A DNA stretch of 64,000 bases from assembly GCF_008831285.2 (NCBI RefSeq), contig NC_045138.2, positions 14,136,001-14,200,000 on the forward strand. The letters are read 5' to 3'. The notes under the pieces are model-generated. The model worked only from the letters and a program-made list of their open reading frames with translations. It was not told the DNA's origin and did not search any database. A program made the translations under genes and the position numbers. Positions 1-12,200 of the stretch are shown here, piece by piece (the stretch's first letter is position 1; each line of letters starts with the position of its first letter). The DNA comes from Nymphaea colorata (taxonomy: Eukaryota).

Positions 1-3000
1 GGAACTTGAGCTTGGCATCTGGATCAGAAGTCTAATCTGACCCGGTTTAGATGTTGGACTTGAGTTCTAAGTCTCACGTCAAGATCAGAGGTCTAATCTG
101 ATCTGATTTAGATGTTGGATTTAGATTTTGGAAGTACGGTTTGGATCAAAGGTCTAATATGATCTGTTTTGGGTGTTGGATTTGGATGTTGGATCAATGG
201 ACTAGATCAGAGGTCTAATCTGATCCAGTGTTGAACGTTGGAGTGGGGTAACTTCTAATCATCCCAATAAACAAGTTCAAATGACATTATACAAAAAATG
301 GATATCTATCAAAAATATAATGATTTCAATTTTCCATTTACGCATTTATTATATATGAAATCTTCAACACAAGGTCTTTCAGTGGCAACATTAAAGATTA
401 TTTTCCAAAATTGAGATGTCCTAATCTTCGACGCAAATGTTTATATCAATCATCCTATCAACATTGTATAAGATATTGTTGGATAAGATAAAATTTTGAT
501 ATAACAAACATCTCCTTTTCTAAAACAATCCCTAATCAACTTCTCAGACCAGTGACCTTATGCCCTAGACTTCTTTGATGAGAAACCAATATAACAAATA
601 TGATCAAATATTAAGCAGACATAAAAGTTAATCGGATAGGTGATTTTTAATAATTAGATATAGATGTAATTGTAGATAAAGTAAATTGGGTCAGAGGTTT
701 GATCAAGTAGGATATGGATCAGATGTTAAATTTCAACTTTGAAACTGGGTTATGGTTAAGAAGTCTAATCTGACCCAACTTAAATGTCATATTTGAATTT
801 TAAATCTCATGTGAAGATCAAAGGTCTAATCTGATCAACTTTGTAGGTTAGATTTAGATTTTAGATCTATGGTTTGGATCAGAGGTCTCATCTGATCGGT
901 ACAAGGTGTGAGATTTAGACTTTGGATCCATGGACTAGATCAGAGGTCTAACCTGATCTTGTTTAGATGTTGGATTTGGAATTCATGCCGAGTCTAGATA
1001 CATAATCGACATTTTTTCAGGATGTACGGTGGCTTATAATCATCCCAATAAAAACGTTCAAAGGACATTGAAGTGAAAATGGATGTTTGTCAAAAAGATA
1101 AAGATTTCAACTTGTCATTATGCATTTCCAAAATATGAAACATTCAACACAAAATCTTTTAATTGAGGCATTGATGACAATTTTCTTAACTCGGGATCTC
1201 CTAACCTTTGGTACAAATGCTTATATCAATCATTTTCACAACACAATACAACATGCCGTTGGATAACATAAAATGTTCCTATAATAGAGCTCTCCTTTTC
1301 CCAAACCATCCCTAATCAACTTCCTAGACCTATGATCCAAGACCTAACATTTATATGATGAGAAAACAAGAACACAACCATAATCCAAGATTTGACAAAC
1401 ATCAAAGATAGTCAGATAGTTAGTTGGAAGAATCAATAGAATTAGATGTGATCGTAGCTCAAGTGGATAGGATCAGAGGTTTCATCGAGTGAGATATGGA
1501 TCAGAGGTCTAATCTGATCTGGTTTAAATGTTGGATTTGGACTTTTGCTGAGTCTAGATACATAATCCACATTTTCTCATGATGTAGGGTGGCTTCTAAT
1601 CATCCGAATGATCACCTTCAAAGAACAATGCAGTGCAAGCAGATGTTTCTCAAAAAGATAAAGATTTCAAGTTTAAATGTATAAATTGATTAGGTATGAA
1701 ACCTTCCAACACTAAATCTTCTAATAGAGACTTTGAAGGTAATTTTCTTACATTGAGATGTGCTAATCTTCGATGCAAATGATTCTATCAATCATTCTGA
1801 CAACACTAATAATAACATAAATTGTTCATATAATGGGCATCTCCATTTCCCAAACCATCCCTAATCAACATCCTAGTTCGTGATCCCAGACGTAACATTT
1901 ATTTTGAAAGAAAACAACATCTTAGCCACAATACATGATTTGTGAGATGTCAAAGTTAATAAACATGTATTTGGATGAATGAGCAGAATTAGATCGGATC
2001 GTAGATCAAGTGGATCGGATCAAAGGTTTCATCAAGTGGGATATGGATCAGAGGTCAAACCTGATCCAGTTTAGATGTTGGATTTGGAACTTGAGCTTGG
2101 CATCTGGATCAGAAGTCTAATCTGACCCGGTTTAGATGTTGGACTTGAGTTCTAAGTCTCACGTCAAGATCAGAGGTCTAATCTGATCTGATTTAGATGT
2201 TGGATTTAGATTTTGGAAGTACGGTTTGGATCAAAGGTCTAATATGATCTGTTTTGGGTGTTGGATTTGGATGTTGGATCAATGGACTAGATCAGAGGTC
2301 TAATCTGATCCAGTGTTGAACGTTGGAGTGGGGTAACTTCTAATCATCCCAATAAACAAGTTCAAATGACATTATACAAAAAATGGATATCTATCAAAAA
2401 TATAATGATTTCAATTTTCCATTTACGCATTTATTATATATGAAATCTTCAACACAAGGTCTTTCAGTGGCAACATTAAAGATTATTTTCCAAAATTGAG
2501 ATGTCCTAATCTTCGACGCAAATGTTTATATCAATCATCCTATCAACATTGTATAAGATATTGTTGGATAAGATAAAATTTTGATATAACAAACATCTCC
2601 TTTTCTAAAACAATCCCTAATCAACTTCTCAGACCAGTGACCTTATGCCCTAGACTTCTTTGATGAGAAACCAATATAACAAATATGATCAAATATTAAG
2701 CAGACATAAAAGTTAATCGGATAGGTGATTTTTAATAATTAGATATAGATGTAATTGTAGATAAAGTAAATTGGGTCAGAGGTTTGATCAAGTAGGATAT
2801 GGATCAGATGTTAAATTTCAACTTTGAAACTGGGTTATGGTTAAGAAGTCTAATCTGACCCAACTTAAATGTCATATTTGAATTTTAAATCTCATGTGAA
2901 GATCAAAGGTCTAATCTGATCAACTTTGTAGGTTAGATTTAGATTTTAGATCTATGGTTTGGATCAGAGGTCTCATCTGATCGGTACAAGGTGTGAGATT

Positions 3001-6000
3001 TAGACTTTGGATCCATGGACTAGATCAGAGGTCTAACCTGATCTTGTTTAGATGTTGGATTTGGAATTCATGCCGAGTCTAGATACATAATCGACATTTT
3101 TTCAGGATGTACGGTGGCTTATAATCATCCCAATAAAAACGTTCAAAGGACATTGAAGTGAAAATGGATGTTTGTCAAAAAGATAAAGATTTCAACTTGT
3201 CATTATGCATTTCCAAAATATGAAACATTCAACACAAAATCTTTTAATTGAGGCATTGATGACAATTTTCTTAACTCGGGATCTCCTAACCTTTGGTACA
3301 AATGCTTATATCAATCATTTTCACAACACAATACAACATGCCGTTGGATAACATAAAATGTTCCTATAATAGAGCTCTCCTTTTCCCAAACCATCCCTAA
3401 TCAACTTCCTAGACCTATGATCCAAGACCTAACATTTATATGATGAGAAAACAAGAACACAACCATAATCCAAGATTTGACAAACATCAAAGATAGTCAG
3501 ATAGTTAGTTGGAAGAATCAATAGAATTAGATGTGATCGTAGCTCAAGTGGATAGGATCAGAGGTTTCATCGAGTGAGATATGGATCAGAGGTCTAATCT
3601 GATCTGGTTTAAATGTTGGATTTGGACTTTTGCTGAGTCTAGATACATAATCCACATTTTCTCATGATGTAGGGTGGCTTCTAATCATCCGAATGATCAC
3701 CTTCAAAGAACAATGCAGTGCAAGCAGATGTTTCTCAAAAAGATAAAGATTTCAAGTTTAAATGTATAAATTGATTAGGTATGAAACCTTCCAACACTAA
3801 ATCTTCTAATAGAGACTTTGAAGGTAATTTTCTTACATTGAGATGTGCTAATCTTCGATGCAAATGATTCTATCAATCATTCTGACAACACTAATAATAA
3901 CATAAATTGTTCATATAATGGGCATCTCCATTTCCCAAACCATCCCTAATCAACATCCTAGTTCGTGATCCCAGACGTAACATTTATTTTGAAAGAAAAC
4001 AACATCTTAGCCACAATACATGATTTGTGAGATGTCAAAGTTAATAAACATGTATTTGGATGAATGAGCAGAATTAGATCGGATCGTAGATCAAGTGGAT
4101 CGGATCAAAGGTTTCATCAAGTGGGATATGGATCAGAGGTCAAACCTGATCCAGTTTAGATGTTGGATTTGGAACTTGAGCTTGGCATCTGGATCAGAAG
4201 TCTAATCTGACCCGGTTTAGATGTTGGACTTGAGTTCTAAGTCTCACGTCAAGATCAGAGGTCTAATCTGATCTGATTTAGATGTTGGATTTAGATTTTG
4301 GAAGTACGGTTTGGATCAAAGGTCTAATATGATCTGTTTTGGGTGTTGGATTTGGATGTTGGATCAATGGACTAGATCAGAGGTCTAATCTGATCCAGTG
4401 TTGAACGTTGGAGTGGGGTAACTTCTAATCATCCCAATAAACAAGTTCAAATGACATTATACAAAAAATGGATATCTATCAAAAATATAATGATTTCAAT
4501 TTTCCATTTACGCATTTATTATATATGAAATCTTCAACACAAGGTCTTTCAGTGGCAACATTAAAGATTATTTTCCAAAATTGAGATGTCCTAATCTTCG
4601 ACGCAAATGTTTATATCAATCATCCTATCAACATTGTATAAGATATTGTTGGATAAGATAAAATTTTGATATAACAAACATCTCCTTTTCTAAAACAATC
4701 CCTAATCAACTTCTCAGACCAGTGACCTTATGCCCTAGACTTCTTTGATGAGAAACCAATATAACAAATATGATCAAATATTAAGCAGACATAAAAGTTA
4801 ATCGGATAGGTGATTTTTAATAATTAGATATAGATGTAATTGTAGATAAAGTAAATTGGGTCAGAGGTTTGATCAAGTAGGATATGGATCAGATGTTAAA
4901 TTTCAACTTTGAAACTGGGTTATGGTTAAGAAGTCTAATCTGACCCAACTTAAATGTCATATTTGAATTTTAAATCTCATGTGAAGATCAAAGGTCTAAT
5001 CTGATCAACTTTGTAGGTTAGATTTAGATTTTAGATCTATGGTTTGGATCAGAGGTCTCATCTGATCGGTACAAGGTGTGAGATTTAGACTTTGGATCCA
5101 TGGACTAGATCAGAGGTCTAACCTGATCTTGTTTAGATGTTGGATTTGGAATTCATGCCGAGTCTAGATACATAATCGACATTTTTTCAGGATGTACGGT
5201 GGCTTATAATCATCCCAATAAAAACGTTCAAAGGACATTGAAGTGAAAATGGATGTTTGTCAAAAAGATAAAGATTTCAACTTGTCATTATGCATTTCCA
5301 AAATATGAAACATTCAACACAAAATCTTTTAATTGAGGCATTGATGACAATTTTCTTAACTCGGGATCTCCTAACCTTTGGTACAAATGCTTATATCAAT
5401 CATTTTCACAACACAATACAACATGCCGTTGGATAACATAAAATGTTCCTATAATAGAGCTCTCCTTTTCCCAAACCATCCCTAATCAACTTCCTAGACC
5501 TATGATCCAAGACCTAACATTTATATGATGAGAAAACAAGAACACAACCATAATCCAAGATTTGACAAACATCAAAGATAGTCAGATAGTTAGTTGGAAG
5601 AATCAATAGAATTAGATGTGATCGTAGCTCAAGTGGATAGGATCAGAGGTTTCATCGAGTGAGATATGGATCAGAGGTCTAATCTGATCTGGTTTAAATG
5701 TTGGATTTGGACTTTTGCTGAGTCTAGATACATAATCCACATTTTCTCATGATGTAGGGTGGCTTCTAATCATCCGAATGATCACCTTCAAAGAACAATG
5801 CAGTGCAAGCAGATGTTTCTCAAAAAGATAAAGATTTCAAGTTTAAATGTATAAATTGATTAGGTATGAAACCTTCCAACACTAAATCTTCTAATAGAGA
5901 CTTTGAAGGTAATTTTCTTACATTGAGATGTGCTAATCTTCGATGCAAATGATTCTATCAATCATTCTGACAACACTAATAATAACATAAATTGTTCATA

Positions 6001-8555
6001 TAATGGGCATCTCCATTTCCCAAACCATCCCTAATCAACATCCTAGTTCGTGATCCCAGACGTAACATTTATTTTGAAAGAAAACAACATCTTAGCCACA
6101 ATACATGATTTGTGAGATGTCAAAGTTAATAAACATGTATTTGGATGAATGAGCAGAATTAGATCGGATCGTAGATCAAGTGGATCGGATCAAAGGTTTC
6201 ATCAAGTGGGATATGGATCAGAGGTCAAACCTGATCCAGTTTAGATGTTGGATTTGGAACTTGAGCTTGGCATCTGGATCAGAAGTCTAATCTGACCCGG
6301 TTTAGATGTTGGACTTGAGTTCTAAGTCTCACGTCAAGATCAGAGGTCTAATCTGATCTGATTTAGATGTTGGATTTAGATTTTGGAAGTACGGTTTGGA
6401 TCAAAGGTCTAATATGATCTGTTTTGGGTGTTGGATTTGGATGTTGGATCAATGGACTAGATCAGAGGTCTAATCTGATCCAGTGTTGAACGTTGGAGTG
6501 GGGTAACTTCTAATCATCCCAATAAACAAGTTCAAATGACATTATACAAAAAATGGATATCTATCAAAAATATAATGATTTCAATTTTCCATTTACGCAT
6601 TTATTATATATGAAATCTTCAACACAAGGTCTTTCAGTGGCAACATTAAAGATTATTTTCCAAAATTGAGATGTCCTAATCTTCGACGCAAATGTTTATA
6701 TCAATCATCCTATCAACATTGTATAAGATATTGTTGGATAAGATAAAATTTTGATATAACAAACATCTCCTTTTCTAAAACAATCCCTAATCAACTTCTC
6801 AGACCAGTGACCTTATGCCCTAGACTTCTTTGATGAGAAACCAATATAACAAATATGATCAAATATTAAGCAGACATAAAAGTTAATCGGATAGGTGATT
6901 TTTAATAATTAGATATAGATGTAATTGTAGATAAAGTAAATTGGGTCAGAGGTTTGATCAAGTAGGATATGGATCAGATGTTAAATTTCAACTTTGAAAC
7001 TGGGTTATGGTTAAGAAGTCTAATCTGACCCAACTTAAATGTCATATTTGAATTTTAAATCTCATGTGAAGATCAAAGGTCTAATCTGATCAACTTTGTA
7101 GGTTAGATTTAGATTTTAGATCTATGGTTTGGATCAGAGGTCTCATCTGATCGGTACAAGGTGTGAGATTTAGACTTTGGATCCATGGACTAGATCAGAG
7201 GTCTAACCTGATCTTGTTTAGATGTTGGATTTGGAATTCATGCCGAGTCTAGATACATAATCGACATTTTTTCAGGATGTACGGTGGCTTATAATCATCC
7301 CAATAAAAACGTTCAAAGGACATTGAAGTGAAAATGGATGTTTGTCAAAAAGATAAAGATTTCAACTTGTCATTATGCATTTCCAAAATATGAAACATTC
7401 AACACAAAATCTTTTAATTGAGGCATTGATGACAATTTTCTTAACTCGGGATCTCCTAACCTTTGGTACAAATGCTTATATCAATCATTTTCACAACACA
7501 ATACAACATGCCGTTGGATAACATAAAATGTTCCTATAATAGAGCTCTCCTTTTCCCAAACCATCCCTAATCAACTTCCTAGACCTATGATCCAAGACCT
7601 AACATTTATATGATGAGAAAACAAGAACACAACCATAATCCAAGATTTGACAAACATCAAAGATAGTCAGATAGTTAGTTGGAAGAATCAATAGAATTAG
7701 ATGTGATCGTAGCTCAAGTGGATAGGATCAGAGGTTTCATCGAGTGAGATATGGATCAGAGGTCTAATCTGATCTGGTTTAAATGTTGGATTTGGACTTT
7801 TGCTGAGTCTAGATACATAATCCACATTTTCTCATGATGTAGGGTGGCTTCTAATCATCCGAATGATCACCTTCAAAGAACAATGCAGTGCAAGCAGATG
7901 TTTCTCAAAAAGATAAAGATTTCAAGTTTAAATGTATAAATTGATTAGGTATGAAATCTTCCAACACTAAATCTTCTAATAGAGACTTTGAAGGTAATTT
8001 TCTTACATTGAGATGTGCTAATCTTCGATGCAAATGATTCTATCAATCATTCTGACAACACTAATAATAACATAAATTGTTCATATAATGGGCATCTCCA
8101 TTTCCCAAACCATCCCTAATCAACATCCTAGTCCGTGATCCCAGACGTAACATTTATTTTGAAAGAAAACAACATCTTAGCCACAATACATGATTTGTGA
8201 GATGTCAAAGTTAATAAACATGTATTTGGATGAATGAGCAGAATTAGATCGGATCGTAGATCAAGTGGATCGGATCAAAGGTTTCATCAAGTGGGATATG
8301 GATCAGAGGTCAAACCTGATCCAGTTTAGATGTTGGATTTGGAACTTGAGCTTGGCATCTGGATCAGAAGTCTAATCTGACCCGGTTTAGATGTTGGACT
8401 TGAGTTCTAAGTCTCACGTCAAGATCAGAGGTCTAATCTGATCTGATTTAGATGTTGGATTTAGATTTTGGAAGTACGGTTTGGATCAAAGGTCTAATAT
8501 GATCGGTTTTGGGTGTTGGATTTGGATGTTGGATCAATGGACTAGATCAGAGGTC
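1..8555 (+). repeat. Macrosatellite subfamily I: four near-identical 2085-bp monomers plus a partial fifth
   Basis: I saw no differences among copies 1-3 by eye. Copy 4 has isolated SNPs (ATGAAATCTT at 7951 vs ATGAAACCTT at 3781; GTCCGTGATC at 8131 vs GTTCGTGATC at 3961). Confidence 0.95.
2046..2335 (+). repeat. Representative cluster of the 61-bp palindromic minisatellite (5 copies), repeated in every monomer
   Basis: GATCAGAGGTCTAATCTGATC-like cores start at 2046, 2107, 2168, 2229 and 2290. A second cluster starts at 755, 816, 877 and 938, and a single copy at about 1499. The core is followed by a TTTAGATGTTGGATTT-like block and a more variable ~20 bp. Confidence 0.93.
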
Positions 8556-8558
8556 ATA

Positions 8559-9290
8559 TTTCATCAAGTGGCACATGGATCAGAGGTCAAACCTGATCCG
8601 GTTTAGATGTTGGATTTTGACCTTGAGCTTGGCATCTAGATCAGAAGCCAAATATGACCCGGTTTAGATGTTGGGTTTGAGTTCTAAGTCTCAAGTCAAG
8701 ATCAGAGGTCTAATCTGATCTGATTTAGATGTTGGATTTAGATTTGTCAGATGTCAAAGTCAATCAAACATGTATTTGGATGAATGACTAGAATTAGATC
8801 GGATCGTAGATCAGGTGGATTGGATCAAAGGTTTCATCAAGTGGCACATGGATCAGAGGTCAAACCTGATCCGGTTTAGATGTTGGATTTTGACCTTGAG
8901 CTTGGCATCTAGATCAGAAGTCGAATATGACCCGGTTTAGATGTTGGGTTTGAGTTCTAAGTCTCAGGTCAAGATCAGAGGTCTAATCTGATCTGATTTA
9001 GATGTTGGATTTAGATTTGTCAGATGTCAAAGTCAATCAAACATGTATTTGGATGAATGACTAGAATTCGATCGGATCGTAGATCAGGTGGATTGGATCA
9101 AAGGTTTCATCAAGTGGCACATGGATCAGATGTCAAACCTGATCCGGTTTAGATGTTGGATTTTGACCTTGAGCTTGGCATCTAGATCAGAAGTCGAATA
9201 TGACCCGGTTTAGATGTTGGGTTTGAGTTCTAAGTCTCAGGTCAAGATCAGAGGTCTAATCTGATCTGATTTAGATGTTGGATTTAGATT
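8559..9290 (+). repeat. Local 273-bp tandem amplification (~2.7 copies) at the subfamily I/II junction
   Basis: TCATCAAGTGGCACATGG starts at 8561, 8834 and 9107. Confidence 0.92.
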
Positions 9291-12200
9291 TTGGAAGTAC
9301 GGTTAGGATCAGAGGTCTAATCTGATCAGTTTTAGACGTTGGATTTGGATGTTGGATCAATGGACTAGTTCAGAGGTCTAATCTGATTCGGTTTTGACAT
9401 TGGAGTGGGGTAACTTCTAGTCCTACTCTTTGATGCAAATGTTTATGTCAATCATCCTATCAACACTATATAAGATATCGTTGGATAAGATAAAATTTTG
9501 ATATAACAAACATCTCCTTTTCTAAAACCATTCCTAATCAACTTCTCATACCAGTGACCTTACGCCCAACACTTGTTCGATGAGAAATCAATATAACAAA
9601 TATGATCAAATATTCAGCAAACATCAAAGTTAACCAGATAGGTGATTTTGAATAATTAGTTTTAGATGTAACCGTAGATAAAGTACATAGGGTCAGAGGT
9701 TTGATCTAGTGGGATATGGATCAGATGTGAGATTTCAACTTTGAAACCGGCTTATGGCTCAGAAGTCTAATCTGACCCAACGTAAATGTTGCATTTGAAT
9801 TTTAAATCTCATGTCAAGATCAGAGGTCTAATCTGATCTAAGTTGTAGGTTAGATTTAGAATTTAGATCTATGGTTTGGATCAGAGGTCTCACCTGATCG
9901 GTACAAGGTGTGGGATTTAGACTTTGGATCCATGGACTAGATCAGAGGTCTAACCTGATCTTGTTTAGATGTTGGATTTGGAATTCATGCCGAGTCTAGA
10001 TACATAATCGACATTTTTTCAGGATGTACGGTGGCTTATAATCATCCCAATAAAAACGTTCAAAGGACATTGAAGTGAAAATGGATGTTTGTCAAAAAGA
10101 TAAAGATTTCAACTTGTCATTATGCATTTCCAAAATATGAAACCTTCAACACAAAATCTTTTAATTGAGGCATTGAAGACAATTTTCTTAACTCGGGATC
10201 TCCTAACCTTTGGTACAAATGCTTATATCAATCATTTTGACAACACAATACAACATGCCGTTGGATAACATAAATTGTCCATATAATAGAGATCTCCTTT
10301 TCCCAAACCATCCCTCATCAACTTCATGGACCTATGCTCCTAGACCTAACATTTATATGATGAGAAAACAAAATCAAAGACATAATCCAAGATTTGACAA
10401 ACATCAAAGATAGTCAGATAGTTAGTTGGAAGAATCGCCAGAATTAGAAGTGATCGTAGCTCAAGTGGATAGGATAAGAGGTTCCATCGAGCGACATATG
10501 GATCAGAGGTCTAATCTGATCCGGTTTCAATGTTGGATTTGGACTTGGGCAGAGTCTAAATACATAATCCACATTTTCTCATGATGTAGGGAGGCTTCTA
10601 ATCATCCCAATGATCACCTTCAAAGGACAATGTAGTGGAAGCAGACGTTTGTCAAAAAGATAAAGGTTTCAACTTTAAATGTATGGATTGATTAAGTATG
10701 AAACCTTCCAACACTAGATCTTCTAGTACAGACTTTGAAGGTAATTTTCTTACATTGAGATGTCCTAATCTTCGATGCAAATGATTATATCACTCATTTT
10801 GACAACACTATAATAACATAAATTGTTCATATAATCTGCCATTTCCCAAACCGTCCCTAAACAACCTCCTAGTTCGTGATCCCAGACCTAAGATTTATTT
10901 TGAAACAAAACAACATCTTAGCCACAATACATGATTTGTCAGATGTCAAAGTCAATCAGACATGTATTTGGATGAATGACTAGAATCAGATCGGATCGTA
11001 GATCAGGTGGATTGGATCAAAGGTTTCATCAAGGGGCACATGGATCAGAGGTCAAACCTGATCCGGTTTAGATGTTGGATTTTGACCTTGAGCTTGGCAT
11101 CTAGATCAGAAGTCTAATATGACCCGGTTTAGATGTTTGGTTTGAGTTCTAAGTCTCAGGTCAAGATCAGAGGTCTAATCTGATCTGATTTAGATGTTGG
11201 ATTTAGATTTTGGAAGTACGGTTTGGACAAAAGGTCTAATCTGATCAGTTTTAGACGTTGGATTTGGATGTTGGATCAATGGACTAGATCAGAGGTCTAA
11301 TCTGATTCGGTTTTGACATTGGAGTGGGGTAACTTCTAGTCCTACTCTTTGATGCAAATGTTTATGTCAATCATCCTATCAACACTATATAAGATATCGT
11401 TGGATGAGATAAAATTTTGATATAACAAACATCTCCTTTTCTAAAACCATTCCTAATCAACTTCTCATACCAGTGACCTTACGCCCAACACTTGTTCGAT
11501 GAGAAATCAATATAACAAATATGATCAAATATTCAGCAAACATCAAAGTTAACCAGATAGGTGATTTTGAATAATTAGTTTTAGATGTAACCGTAGATAA
11601 AGTACATAGGGTCAGAGGTTTGATCTAGTGGGATATGGATCAGATGTGAGATTTCAACTTTGAAACCGGCTTATGGCTCAGAAGTTTAATCTAACCCAAC
11701 GTAAATGTTGCATTTGAATTTTAAATCTCATGTCAAGATCAGAGGTCTAATCTGATCTAAGTTGTAGGTTAGATTTAGAATTTAGATCTATGGTTTGGAT
11801 CAGAGGTCTCATCTGATCGGTACAAGGTGTGAGATTTAGACTTTGGATCCATGGACTAGATCAGAGGTCTAACCTGATCTTGTTTAGATGTTGGATTTGG
11901 AATTCATGCCGAGTCTAGATACATAATCGACATTTTTTCAGGATGTACGGTGGCTTATAATCATCCCAATAAAAACGTTCAAAGGACATTGAAGTGAAAA
12001 TGGATGTTTGTCAAAAAGATAAAGATTTCAACTTGTCATTATGCATTTCCAAAATATGAAACCTTCAACACAAAATCTTTTAATTGAGGCATTGAAGACA
12101 ATTTTCTTAACTCGGGATCTCCTAACCTTTGGTACAAATGCTTATATCAATCATTTTGACAACACAATACAACATGCCGTTGGATAACATAAATTGTCCA

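Noticed and set aside
22..2335. CRISPR array interpretation of the palindromic repeat-plus-variable-tail units
   Set aside because: The context is eukaryotic with no cas genes. The tails are diverged relatives of each other and recur in every monomer, so they are not unique acquired spacers.
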